Below are positions 50,801 to 64,000 of a stretch of 64,000 bases of DNA, piece after piece. The notes beneath the pieces were generated by a model. That model worked only from the letters and a program-made list of their open reading frames with translations, did not search any database and was not told the DNA's origin. Position numbers and translations under genes: made by a program. Positions within the stretch are counted from its first letter, which is position 1; the number at the start of each line of letters is the position of its first letter. Source of the DNA: Sarea resinae (lineage: Eukaryota); NCBI GenBank assembly GCA_026026165.1, contig JAPEUD010000045.1, positions 124,001 to 188,000 on the forward strand. The letters run 5' to 3'.

Positions 50801-53800
50801 GAAGCCGTTGCTCGGCGCTACTCGGACTTCTGCCGAGGTCAAGAAGAAGGAAGAGATGATTCATAAGCTGCAGGCGAAGATGAAGCAAGAGGCAGCCGAT
50901 CGACAAAAGCTGGAAGACGAGCGAAGAAAGGCAGATGATGAGATTGAACGCATCCAACACACTCTTGAAAGCGAGCGGGCTCTTGCTTTGGACAAGGAGG
51001 AAATCTTCCGAAGACTTCAAGATCGCGAAGCCGAACTGACGGAAAAGCTCGCCGGTGCGATCGAGGACCAAGACAAATTAGAAGATCAGATTGATGAATT
51101 AATTGATGCAAAGAAGAAGGTGGAAGAACAGCAAGAGCTTTGGCGGACACAATTAGAGCAGGCTGGTCTGATCATTACCAAACTCGAAGCGGAGAAGATA
51201 GAGCTGTCTGATAAGCTCTCAGAAGTGGAGGGGCAAGTAGCCGATTTGGAGAAATCTCACGAGGAGCGAAACAATTTACAGGAGAGCCTGAACCAGGAAG
51301 TAAAGATGCTGAAGAGCCATCTAGCATTGAAAGATCGAAAGATGCAAGACCTGGAGAGTAAGCTACTGAAGACGGACCAGGACCTCGATATCAAACTTGC
51401 AAATAGCACGAGGGAATTGCAGGTCTCGAAAAAGCAAGTCAAAGAGCTCTTAGAAGATAATCGCCAGATCCGTCAGCAGCTGTCTGAACTCTCTGCCACT
51501 TCTACTGGTTATGAAGACCTTGTAAGACGCAAGGAGAGCGAGCTTGCAATTCTTCGAACCGATCTCAAAAATTACGATTCTGATCGTAAAGCCTTCGAAC
51601 AAGAGAAGCGATCCCTTTCGACCAGGCACGACAATGTCCAGAAACGTCTTCGCGAGATTCAAGCCGAAACGGAGTCACTGCGTTCTCAGAAGGCACAACT
51701 CGAGCGTGAGGCTGCTGATGCGAAAGCCCTTTTGGAAGCCAAGCTCTCTGAGGATGCAAAATCTGGCGAGGGGCGGAAGATGTTAGAAGAGCAGATCAAG
51801 GATCTAAAGGAGCAGTTCTTTCAGGTACAGGCCGATCTCGGAAGGGAACGACAATCTCGAGATGATGTGCAGATGCTTGGAGAGCATAACCTGGCCACAT
51901 TGACTCGTGAATACGAGTCCTTGAAGGACGCAAAAATTACGATTGAAAAAGAAATGTACCTCCAGCAAGATTCCCTTCGTCGTGCCACTGAGGCACGCAC
52001 TGCCGCCGAAAGAGACAGAAAAGATCTGCAAAATGAGCTGCGAAAGCTCCGCGAGCGCTTCACGGAAGCCGAAAGCTCCCGGCTGCAGGCTGAGACGACC
52101 ATCGAGCGGAACATTGCTCGTCAAGCAAGTGAACGGCAAGCGATTCTCAGAAGAGAGCTTGATACGAAGGAGAAGCAGCTCAACGAGGCTGAGTCGGAGC
52201 GTACTCGTTTGGCCACCGAAATCCAGAGCTTGACTCGAACAATTGCCGACTCGGACTTGTTCAGGCTGAATCACGACCAGCATAAGGAGCGTCTTGAGCG
52301 AGAACTTGTAACAGTCAAGGGTCGTCTGACCGCCTCGGAGAATGACAACCGAGCTCTGCTCAACAAGATTCAGCAAAAGAATCTTGACATTGCTCGATCT
52401 AGTTCAAGGGCTGGGGAGTCGCAGCGAACGAAGCTAACGCACCTTCAAGCTGAGAAGAGCAAGGTCGTCGAGGACAACAAGAAATTATCACGCCAACTCG
52501 AAGATGCACAGCTTTCAATCACATCTCTTGAAAAACAGAAGGAGAAGCTATCCCTGAGTCTGGAAGATCTGAATCATGAAGTCGCTCGGGAGCACAAGAC
52601 AAGTCGTAATGCCGAGAAAACATCCTCCACATTGACTGTGCAATTAGCGGACGCCAATCGTAATTTAGAGTCGGAACGACAACTCAAGTCTCAAGCACAA
52701 GCCAATACTCGAAAGCTTCAAGGCACGCTCGATCAAGCCAACAAAGAACTTCGGGACTGCCATAGTCAGCTATTATTACTACACAAAGTATTCGACCCCG
52801 AGACAAGTGGTTCTCCAGCATCCTTCGCAGCCGCCAAACCAGATATTTCGAAGAAAGTCGACCTTGCGCAGAAGCTCGAGACTTCACGGCAGGCACTTCG
52901 GGTGGCAAACGACAAATTAGCTCGTGCAGAAGATCAACTGGACGAGCTCCGCCACCGCTATGAGGACGACATGATGGAGACTGACGCGAGGCACTCTTCT
53001 TCGAAACGTGCGCTACTTGAAGAGATCAATCAAAATCAAGTTCAGACTACCCGTTCTCCAAAACATTTCCGAAAGGATTCTGACAACAATCGCAATATCT
53101 TTTCTAATATGTCGACACCAACACGGCGTCAACTAAGCAACGCTACTGCAGCTACTCACGACTCTGGACGGTCGGATCGTACCGTCGATACTGTGAGCTA
53201 CAATAAACGCATGGATCTGGCGGCCGAGCTTGAGATGGTACAGAATCAACTACAAATGACGGAGATGCAGAATCGACATCTGCAGAGCCAGATCGACCGC
53301 TCGACCCCAACGAAAGATATGTGGCAGGATGACAGCCCATCTGTCCGACGGGTTCAAAAGCTGGAGCGAGAAAATTACAGACTCCATGATTTACTTGACG
53401 ACTCTGCAAAGAAGGTTTCATCCCTTGAGAAGAGCATTCAAAGCGGCCAATTATCTCTACGCGATGTTCAGACGAAGTCCCACGAAGAGCTGTTTGACCT
53501 CATTAATTCTCAGGAACAGTCAAGGAAGTCGCTCCTGCAGGTTCATAACAACACTCTCGAGGAGCTTATAGAAGCTAAAGCTCATTTCGAGAGCCTGAAG
53601 CAAGCCAAGGCGTCGCTTGAAGCCGAATTACGGACCGTTCGTGCAGAGAATCATGATCTTTCAAACGCGCGGGATCAAGATGGTGCAGATCGTACTCAGC
53701 TTTTGCAAGATCTAGCCGATGCGCAGATCAGGTTAGACGCGGAAACCTCAAAGCTCACCGATGTGAGCTCGAGCTTGAATCTGTACAAAGCTAGAGCGGA

Positions 53801-55328
53801 CGAATACTTTAGCAAATTAGAGCAAGCTGAACTTGCGGTATTGAAGGCATCTCGCGCCGAGCAGTTCGCGAGGACGCAGGCAAGGGAAGCGGAAGATACT
53901 TGCGCCAGTATCATGGCCGAACGGAAGCAAATGGATACCATGGTTGAAGATCTTCAACGTCAGAATCAAATTTATGAAGAAAAAGTCGAAGACATGGCGG
54001 CTGATCTCGACGGTGCACTTCAGGCAAAGAAACGATTGCAGCACGAGCTGGAAGATTATCGGAGCCAACGAGCAATGGACATTGAAGACAAACAGACATC
54101 CATTGAGCAAACGCGGAAAAAATATCAAGCCGAATTGTCGAGTCTGACAAACGAGCTCGAAATCGAGCGGGAGAACGTTATCCACGTCCGAACGGAGAAC
54201 ACTCACATTCGTGAAGAATTGGAAGATCTTAGGTCTAAGTGGGATGACGAAGTCCTCAATAGCTCAACGTGGGCAAAGGAAAAGTCTCGTCTCGAAATTA
54301 CACTACAAGACCTATCCAATTCACGCGATGAAGCTGTTAATGCCCATAATGAAGCTCAAAGCAGGATCGTGTCGTTGTTATCGCAAGTCCGAAATCTCCG
54401 TACATCCGTGGATGACATAGTCGCGGAAAGAGATATGCTCCAAAAGGAGAAGCGTGGGCTTGAGGCTCGTTTGACCGAGGCAGGAGATCGTTTGGAAGAT
54501 CTTGCGCGTGGTGAAAGCCCTTCAATGCGGAATGCGGCAGGCATGGATCGCGAACTCCTCGACCTGAAGTCGAATTTAGCCCAGCAAGAAGATGTAGCCG
54601 CTGCTGCAGTTGGGAAGATGAGGCGAGCAGAGGCGTTGGCTTCTGAGATTCAAAAGGACGTTGTTGCCGAGCGGGAGACCAATGTACAGCTTCACAAGGA
54701 GAAGGCTGCTCTAGAGAAGTCTGCCAAGGATCTTCAGCTCAAGGTGATAGACCTGGAAACCAAGAGTTATTCGTCTACCGGCCAGGACGTTAGGTTTTTG
54801 CATGGTCGCATCCAGGAGGTGAGTGACTGCATGGCCTTTATTGCGGAATACTGACTAATTCTTGTATAGTTGGAACGACAGATTGAAGAGCAGGAAAGTA
54901 AGCACCACCAATCACAACGCTCAGTACGCAACGTCGACCGCACGGTCCGCGACCTCCAGGCGCAGATCGAGCGCCGTGAGAAGATCAACGGCCAACTTTC
55001 CGATGAGATCAACAAATCTCGCGACAAAGTCGAGCGACTTCTCCAGACTATCGACGAACTGCAATCCAGCGATTCTTCGAACCAGCTTCAAGCTCGCCGT
55101 GCCGAACGTGAACTGCGCGAGGAGAGAGAGAAAGCACTGAAGCTTGAAAGGGAACTCGAGGGCTGGAAGCAGTTAAGGATGGAGAGGAACAGTCTTCCAA
55201 AGAACGAGACTGTCATGGCATTGAGTGAGAGTGGGGAGTGGACCCCTAGGAGGAGCTCAAGGGGCTCGACCGTGACGGCGAGTGAGACCCTTAGGCGGAA
55301 AGACAGCGGGATCAAAGGGTTCTTGTAA
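47882..55328 (+). CDS. myoB: Myosin type II heavy chain
   Basis: [25 protein letters not shown]-loop [50 protein letters not shown] and a long coiled-coil tail; short 5' introns and one at 54819-54869. Confidence 0.96.
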
Positions 55329-55976
55329 GAAAGGGCAGGGCGCGCCGAGAGGTATCGATGATAAGATGATTGCTTGATGGAGAAGCATGGCGATTTGCTC
55401 GAGGCAGCAGGCGTATGAGATTTCAAGGATGGGGAGCAACGAGCGAAGCATTGGTTAATGAATCAGCATTGTTACGGGTTTCAGGCGTTCGCTCTTGGGT
55501 CAGTCAATAACGGAGCCTGTATTGTTTATGTTCCAGCGTTTTCTTCTCTTGATCTCACTCTGGCTTGTTTGCGAGGACGCATGAGATGACGGGCGGACGC
55601 ATATGTGAACAGAGGGGATGACACGGAGGCTTCATGAATATATACATACACAAACAGAACATATTTTCCTGCATGACGAGGAACCGAGCGATGTTTGTAG
55701 CCCGACCGCATGTACTAACTACTTGGACATTGACGATAATCTCGTGATCTGTGGGGTACTCTCTACATCCAGATCGCCAATGCGCGAGCCAACCATCAAG
55801 ACACCAAGACCTCCATCATCTCCTACTGAGCCCTGTGTCCTCAGCACATCAACCTCGACCTCCACTGGTCGCAGTCATCTTCCTCTGCCTTTGGCGATCT
55901 CTTATAAGCCGAACCAGCGTCGTTTCTGCTACCGTCACATTACGATCTCGTTATACTGCAATACGACAGCTTGACG

Positions 55977-57507
55977 ATGGATCGAGCATTAGACGAAGTG
56001 ATAGCTGAGCGCCAAGTAAGTCGAGGCTTCCCGATCAGCAAGCATTCCTCCACTTCAGCTGTGCAGGCACTTTCGAATCTTCATTACTCACCATCTTCCA
56101 GAGAGGCAGCGGCCAGCCTCGCCGAAACCGCCGTCGAGAGAATCACCCGCGTGACGGCGTAAGAAAGGTTGGCGCTTAATTATCCACGGGCCCCCCTCGG
56201 GGCTGCGTTCAACCGTTCACTCCATCGTCCTAACATATCTGCAGGTTCATCCACCTCGTTCCTCCTGTACCGCCCTCAAACCGTAGCGCAACCTTACCTC
56301 GGTCGCGTCAAGCTCCACCAGAAGCGATTCGATGTCCTGAGGCAATACGTGTACGCTTTTGGTCATTGTCAATCTGCTAACGTAGTGTCTGCCTTTCGAA
56401 ACGCATAGTCGAGTACCAGAGACGCCCCCAGGAATCTCGACAGGTACGCAGCTGCTCCACTCTAGAATTCTGCGATTGCAGGAAGCTAATGCATATACTT
56501 CATCACAGTGACTGGGTTCACGATAAGTTTGAGGATGACGATTGTAAGTCATCACTGAGCAGAGATACCTCCATATAGAGGACTCACAGAACAACAGCTC
56601 AACGCCCATCACGCGGGCCTCGCAATCGGGGACTTGATCGCTACTCGCCCGACCGGGAAGGGTATGCGCTTCCAGTGATTTTGGCTCTCTCATCACTAAT
56701 CCTACCAGTATCTCGCAATCTGGAGCTAAACTCCGAATTGACAATCTTCACTACGACCTCACAGAAGAAGATCTCGAGGTACGACCCTAGCTCTAGGTAC
56801 CCATACCATCACTTCGGGTTTAACACCAATGACAGGGCCTCTTTCAACGAATCGGCCCGGTAGCCTCGATCCGCATAATTTACGATCGCGCTGGCCGCTC
56901 GGAAGGTATTGCTTTTGTTACCTACGAAACTACGTCCGATGCTCGGGCTGCCATCTCTGAATTCGATGGTGCCAATGCCAACGGACAGCCCATTCGTTTA
57001 CGTCTTGTGCCTAGCGCTCCCGGTGCCGGCGCCCCACGTTCGCAACGCAACCCTTTCGACACCGCAACCAGAGGCCCTCGAAGCCTGTTCGACCGCATCT
57101 CCTCCGGCCCTCGAACTCGCTCCGCATCTCCACCCCGCACGTCTCGGAAACGTGATCCCGCGCCCGAGAATATCGACCGCTATGTTCCCAACACATACCG
57201 ACGAAGTCGCTCTCCTGCCCCTCGTCGTGGCGGCCGACGACCTGGCGCCCGCCGAGAAGAGAGTGGTCGGGGTGGTGGCGGCGACAGAGAGAGGGGTGGT
57301 CGGTCGACAGCAAATGGTCGACCGCGTAAGACGCAAGAGGAGCTAGACGCTGAGATGGAGGACTATTTTGGAAAGAAGGAAAGTAATGGTGCTGGTGCGA
57401 ATGGGGCTACGACGGCTGCGGAGACAGAGGCTTCGAGTGCTGTAGGCGCCGGTGCGGCCTCGGGGAATGGAGTTGGTAACGACAATGACATTGATATGAT
57501 CGAGTAG
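55977..57507 (+). CDS. ALY/REF (Yra1/THOC4-like) RRM mRNA-export adaptor
   Basis: Exons 55977-56015, 56102-56167, 56409-56443, 56509-56543, 56598-56661, 56709-56778, 56836-57507. N-terminal MDRALDEVI and C-terminal KTQEELDAEMEDYF motifs flank the RRM KLRIDNLHYDLTEEDLEGLF..YDRAGRSEGIAFVTY. Confidence 0.85.
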
Positions 57508-58275
57508 GAGAGGAGAGGAAAGAAAGGAAGTGGTCCGGGAGATGAAGGGGGGTGAAGGGGTAATGGTTTGCTCTCGATCTGTTCTTGACATCGTCAGGGT
57601 GTTGCTTGGGCATGGCACGATGAATGAGATGGTATCAGTCTTGGAGTTCGGGTCTTGGCGTCGCCGTGCGCATCTTCATCTTCTGCATGTTCCATCGTAG
57701 TTGTGAAGTCCTCTCCTACGTAAGGGAGTCCGTGATGGTCGAGTCGAGCAGTCGAGACGATGCGGCGGAGATTGCCGTTTCAAACCCCGGCCGAGGGGTC
57801 TGCCTAGTCCCCATTCGCGTTCCCCTTCGACGTCCATTGTGTCTCTACGACTCTTCTCTATCGCTCCATCTTCTTCGTCTTCTCACCTCCCCATCTCCCC
57901 ATCTCCCCATCTCCTTGTCTCTCCATCTACAATCCCCTCTCCTCCTCGGAATTCCTCCCACGTTGTTGCCAGTATAGGAAGAGAGTGGAGGAACGCCCAT
58001 CTCTGTCAACCAACAAAACCCAGGCTCTGGAACAGCTGTGGGAAGCGTCTCAATGTAGGATTGCGCCATCTCGACTTCTTGGCTTTCTACTACAGTAGCC
58101 ATAGCAATTGTGTCTGTGAATTGACTGACCCGCCTTGTTCTGCTTCAACAGCTCACCTCTTCACCGTTCGACATTACTTACGCCCAGTGCATTCCTTTTT
58201 ACGAAACTTACGAGATACGACTCAACTGCTACGATCGAAACGAATTTCCTACGAGTTTGCTCAAATCTGTAAAAG

Positions 58276-59706
58276 ATGGCTTCTGGTATGTCGACTATGT
58301 TCCAGCGCATGGAGGCCGGAACAGCGGGGATCTCTCTGCCAGCGAAGCGCACCACCGTCGCTTTGTGCCTCATTCTTCATCCCATGACTTCGAATCCGAT
58401 GGCACGTGCAGCAGCTAATGTGGGCTGGTGGCAGAAATACCCAAGGTCGTCCCTTTGACATGTCACGGTCACTCTCGACCGATTACTCATCTCAGTTTCT
58501 CTTCTGTCGTGGATGACGATCAATACTACCTTGTTTCCTCATGCAAAGGTGGCTAGCTCTCTTGAAACGTCCTCGCACGGTGCTAACAGGGTCAAGATAA
58601 CAATCCTATGCTTCGAGATGGCATCACTGGCGACTGGTGAGATACGAGCATCCAGGGTTCTTTGCGCGTGCTAATCATCAACAGGATTGGCACGTTTGTA
58701 GGTCACAAAGGCGCCGTGTGGCAGGCTCGTCTTTCCGACGACGTTTCTCTCGCAGCTACTGGTTCGGCAGACTTTTCGGCGTAAGTTCCTCCGCTACCAG
58801 ATCTCGACGCAGCCGCTCATTGCTTGCAGAAAGGTTTGGAACACTTATACGGGCGAAACTTTACACACTCTACAGCATTCGCACATCGTACGCGCCGTAG
58901 CTTTCCCATCTCAACCGCGTCCGCAGATCCTTGCCACAGGTGGTCACGAGAAGAAACTCCGAATCTTCGATCTCTCTCGCAGCAGCTCGTCCTCCTCCCC
59001 CACCACTCCCGACAGCGTCAACGGCCTTACAAACGGCACCTCCAGCCCGGCCGAAACACCATGCTACGAGGTTGGCCCGGGCGTACATGGTGGTACCATC
59101 AAATCTATCGTCTGGGGTTCCGACCTTAATATTCTTACTACGGCCGCAGACGACAAGAAGATTCGATGGTGGGATCTGCGTTCGCGCACTCCAATCGGCG
59201 AGTACGAAGTCGACGGTATAGTGGGCAGCTGCGAACTGAATGCGCCACCCTCATCTGATGGATATAGCGGTGGAGCTGGTGGTGGCGTACTGAGCGTTGC
59301 GGCCGGGAAGACGGCTTATTTCTTCGATGGCCACGAACCCGGTCGGCTGATCAAATCGATCAAGATGCCGTCGGCAGTCGCCAGTGTGGCTCTGCACGCC
59401 GAACAGCGCAAGTTCGTCACGGGGAGTAGTGATGACACGTGGGTGAGAGTGTGGGACTTTGATGACGAGCGGGAGCTGCGTGAGTATCCCCTTTTTTTTC
59501 GTCCTTGTCAACAGTAATCCTCTCCAGCTAGCCGTGTGAAGCTAATGTGGCAATTCCAAAAATATTCAGATGTCTACAAAGGCCATCACGGTCCCATCTG
59601 GTCCGTCGCCTTTTCGCCAGATGGGAAACTCTGCGCCACGGGCTCTGAGGATGGTACGATCAAGTTGTGGAAGTTCACCAATAGCCCGTATGGACTGTGG
59701 CGGTAG
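58276..59706 (+). CDS. STRAP/Unrip-like WD40 protein (serine-threonine kinase receptor-associated protein)
   Basis: [91 protein letters not shown]; multi-exon. Confidence 0.9.
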
Positions 59707-60054
59707 ATCTTTTCTCGGGAGACGGCCGCTTGTATACTATCAACTGGTTGTTGTGCACGCTCGGTTGTGTCTGTTTGGTGTGGGTTGGGTTGGGAAGGAG
59801 AGGGGAGGGGAGGGGAGGAGTGGGACCGGGTGCGGACGAAAGGACGGGAGACAGGGGATAGGGGAGTGAGGGTGAGGGGGCCGGAGTAGAGCAGAGCAGA
59901 GCAGAAAGAAGAGTCTCAATCGGCGGGCCTCATGATGTGCTTCGAGGATGGGGCAAGAGGATGATGAGAAGAAGTGAACTAGAGGCTCAGACTTCCTACG
60001 CGTAGGCTATACAAAGTCACCGACGTCCAATGTCAAAGAATTCGAGCCCTGAGA

Positions 60055-60059
60055 GCGCG

Positions 60060-60090
<31 letters not shown>

Positions 60091-60095
60091 TAGAG
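60055..60095. repeat. (GC)10 tract followed by (GA)n microsatellite
   Basis: gcgcgcgcgcgcgcgcgcgc then gagagagagaga, read directly. Confidence 0.85.
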
Positions 60096-61133
60096 AAAGA
60101 ATAACAGAGGGAAGGACAGAGAGGGAGACAGGAAGGAGAAAGTGATTTCCATTAATTCCCTCTACTCCCTTGTTTTGAAACTCTCCCCTTTCCCAGCTGG
60201 GTTCGCAAGACTCTATCCAACATGGCACTAATCCACGTACCTGTCTATCTGTCTATGTCTGTGTCTGTGTCTGTATCTTTGTCTCATCCTAGTCCATGTC
60301 CCAAGTCCAAGTCCTAGCTTATCCGCATGTTCACCCAAGGTCTTGCTTGCAGTGCTCGGTCGCTCGGACCATGAGTCGGGGTCCGGCGGACGGTCGGTCG
60401 GTCGTTGTCACGCACTGTATAAGTGAGTAAGTCAGCAACCAAGTGAGTGAGTGAGTGAGCGAGCGAGTGAATCAGTCAAGTGCATCAGTATAAAGCACCA
60501 GCGAAAGTGTCCCAAAAATCAAATGGTATCAGACGAATTTTCTTCTATCAAGCTGATTGATTCCGAGATGCACCCATCGTGTCCCTTCGCCCCCAATCAA
60601 TCAATGGCCGCCCGTTTTCGCTCCTGTGTTTCTTTTCTTTTCTTTTCTCCTCTCCTTTCTTTCATCAACATTTTCTCTCGGGACTTTAGGGTTACAGGCA
60701 GAGGACAAATAGAAAAGGGGCGCTGTTGTTTTGAACATCCAAAAAAAGAGAAAGAGAGAGAGAGAAGGGATGGATGGATGGATGAATGGACGGATACATG
60801 AGAATGCCATTGCCGCCGCCGCCGCCGCCGCCGCCTAGAAAGAAGCAAGGAATCTATGTGCAGTGACACCTCTCCCTCTCCCTCTCCCTCCCCATACTCT
60901 ATCTGCCTCGTCTTTCCGGCCTCTTTCATGTCCGCGCATTCATCATCCACCCATCCCACATGGCTAGCCATCCATTCATCAGCGCCCCTTGCCGATCACC
61001 TATCAACTACCGTCCATGTCCATCGTCCATTGCCCTTATCGAATCCATGCCCGAGTCCTACCCATCTCTTTCCATATCCCCCGTAATCTTCGTCCCTCGA
61101 TCAACGAATTAACGATCACGATCATGATCACGA

Positions 61134-64000
61134 TTACGGATCATTTCGCTGGACGACGTCCCATTCGTACTACACCATGTCCTCTTGCATTAGCCCACCC
61201 GATTCCATGCCATGGCCACTAAACGCTCCCGGAGTCGCTCTGACGACTATCAAAAGGAAAAAGCACTCACCACTCTTCCTGACTCATCTCCCGTATAGAC
61301 GGCCTGCGGCATCGGCAAGATCTGCGTCATGGCGGCCGCGAAATTCATCTTCTCCTCTCGCGAATTGTCGACGTGGTTGAGGCGTTTGACTAGCTCAAGA
61401 ACGAAGGTGCCATTGGCATGGATGGCTTTGCTCCAGACCTGTGAGACCGGTGGCGTGCTGACATTAGTCGCATGTTTCATACAAGGTATCGGAAACGGGG
61501 ACGTTGATAAAAGCGTAGGCGGAAAGGGCGGGAAAGACTCACGTTGACGACTCCACGTTTGTGCCCAGTAAAGAGAAGATCGCGCTCTAGCCACTCGTTG
61601 CCCTGTCCTTCATAAAAGGCGCAGGACATAATCTGGTCGTCGGCGGAATCACAGGCAGACTGATCGAGAATGAGCTCGCCATTGAGCGTGTACAGTGTAA
61701 CGCGTTGGCCACGACAGAGCATGATATTGCCATTCACGTCGTTGATCCGCGCACATTCCACAGGCCCTCCCGAGGTCAGTTTGCGTAGAAACTCCAGCCT
61801 GTTCAAATCCCACAAGAGCACATGTCCGTCCAATGAGGCTGAAAGGAATGTGCTAAAGGACCGAGAAAGTGCGAGCACTGTGACAGGAGTTCGGTGGCCA
61901 AACAGGCAGCTCTTTGGGTGGAGGTCGACAGCTTTAGACGTCGATTTGACCGACCAGACAGAAATTGTGCAGTCCATCCCCGCAGTGATGAGAGTTCTCG
62001 AGTCGGCAAAGATGGCATTGGAGAGTTGTCCTTGGTGTAGTTGCTCGAAGAGGCCGTTAAGCTACTCGTGTCAGTCGCGCTCGATACGTTACGTTTATGA
62101 GGGAAATTACCTTCCCACTGTCTTTAGAGTAGAATCGGACGCTTCGGTCGGCAAATCCCCATTCCAAACATTTATCATAATCCGGAGGCATGTTCAATCT
62201 AAAGGCGGAACAATAGAGTAGCCGTTCATGCTTGGTTGAGTATTGCAGTGATGATATTTTCTCGTTGCTCTCTGACGATGATCGATTAGCAGAGAATATG
62301 AGACAGCATATACGACCAACTCACCAAGTATTGGGAATGGAAGTCTAGTCAGAGACTTGGCCGCAGTATCAAGACCCCTAGGCTTATGTCGAGTTTCATC
62401 CCGCTGAGGATGAGCTCGCTGGAATACTTGGTGGGGTGTCTGACCAAAGTTGTGGATTATACCGATAGTGGCAAGACGCTCCACAGGATCTTCAATATCG
62501 TCTATGTTCCTAGCCCCGTGGTACGAAAGATGATGGAACACATTCGTCGCTTCTAATGCAGCTTCTCCTCTTTGCTTGAAACCAAACACAAGATCGATCC
62601 ATTCGTGAAGATGCTTGCTGACGTAAGGACTCTCAAGAGCTTCCCTGTTCTTTGCGACGAAGATTTTGGGGTCTCCCTTGGCCCAAGGAGGAAGGGCTAC
62701 ATTGTCGATAGGTTCATCGGTGCCTTGTCTTAGGCCAAAGTCGAATCCGTTTGCATTGGTGAGAAATTCCGGCAGATAGAAAAATTCAGGCGTTAGCTCT
62801 CGCACGTCGGTCATATTGTTTCTTGACGCAGACATCCAAGCTTTTTCTATAGAGTAAAATAGCCGGTCAGCGTGATCGAAAGTACCGCCTTGGAGGAGAA
62901 GATAAGATTGCACGAATGGTCGGAGTCTAATGAGATATGAGGTGACAATCATGGCGGAAGAGTAGTGAGTTCCGTAATGGAAAGGCGGCTGGTCTCCCAT
63001 CTCTGAGAAGGATTGATATCGATCTCTGAACTCCGCTTGCCTCTCTGGTGTCTGGCACCCCATTGGCTTTGACAGATCTCTGAAAGATCGAGGATTGTCG
63101 AGATCAAGTTCTTCACTGGTATAGTCGGCCAAGACCCATGGGAAAACGGGATATTGAGTGAGATCGTTGAACGTTCGGCCCGCCATAGTATTTACGAGCA
63201 TGAGGTAGTGAAAGTTCGAGAGTTCTCCCTTCACCCATTTCCGCGTGGCGGGAAAAGAAGATGTAGAATTGAACACGTTCACGAACTTGGACCCAAAAGA
63301 CTGCGGAACATCCTCGGGGCTCTTCAAGGCGTCAAGTCTCCAGGCATCTTCCGGATGAGGTGATGCTTGGTTTCCAACAACGTGCGGTGCTCGTGCTATC
63401 AGCTGCGAGTGAAGCTCATTACGAATCTGCGGAGAGAAAGCAGTGAGAAGATAGCTGCGACCATCGGTAAAGAAAACCTCGATGGCCACGTCTCTAAAGA
63501 GAAATCGGCGTTTCGAGATACTGATAACATCATGCCATCTCCAATTCCGAGATTCTGCCACACTGCCACCCGTGTGTTGTCTCCTATCACTTGGTTCTCG
63601 TCCTGATATCATTTGCACGTAAGGATCTCGTTCCTCGTGGGGAGCCTGCCACACGTTGACGATTTCGCCATCTGGTCTTTGGAAAAAGTCGTCTAGTAGA
63701 TATAAGCTGTCCTTTCCGAGAATAAGCAGTCCTTCGCAAGCTTCGAGACCAACGATCCGGGAGATATTATAGACATGTTGAACCTGGTCGCCATGTTGCA
63801 AACTTCTCATCACTTTTCGGTTTTTGTCTTCGAAACCATCTTCGTCGTCTTTTGGGTCCTCTACCATCTCGAATCCGTCCTCGTGAGACTCCGGCTCTTC
63901 TGTCATTTCGCCTACCGTCTCAGTCCGCGCGGTGTCAAGTGTCGAATCTCCATGGAAGGTGGAGTGTTCTCGAATTGGGGTAGTACTGATCGCTTCGCTC
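61134..64000 (-). CDS. BPH1: BEACH-WD40 protein (Bph1/ALFY-like), 3' part; the 5' end lies beyond the window
   Basis: PH-BEACH (ISKRRFLFRDVAIEVFFTDGRSYL), BEACH (ELSNFHYLMLVNTMAGRTFNDLTQYPVFPWV, HYGTHYSS, DVRELTPEFFYLPEF, NFGQTPHQVF), WD40 repeats; last exon YEWDVVQRNDP*. Confidence 0.93.

Overview
Eukaryotic DNA from a filamentous ascomycete (Pezizomycotina-type short GT-AG introns with CTRAC/CTAAY branch points). Conserved genes, in order: a tandem-domain hypothetical protein, a DUF7918-like protein, SPT8, a ZNFX1/Hrr1/SAD-3-type RNA helicase, DOA1/UFD3, a Red1/ZFC3H1-like zinc-finger protein, myosin II heavy chain, an ALY/REF-like RRM protein, a STRAP-like WD40 protein and the 3' part of a BEACH-WD40 gene. 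Three accessory-looking stretches interrupt them. (1) An intronless 1387-aa gene with near-identical ankyrin repeats fused to an unassigned C-terminal domain that contains a candidate amphipathic beta-hairpin. (2) An internally deleted Mutator-like transposase relic. (3) A ~9 kb array of six divergent BTB/POZ paralogs (four intact, one relic, one with two nonsense codons next to a RIP-like AT-rich tract), each with a different central insert. A clear poison-exon architecture is present in the RRM gene. All gene models were spliced by hand and family names come from motif recognition, not database searches.
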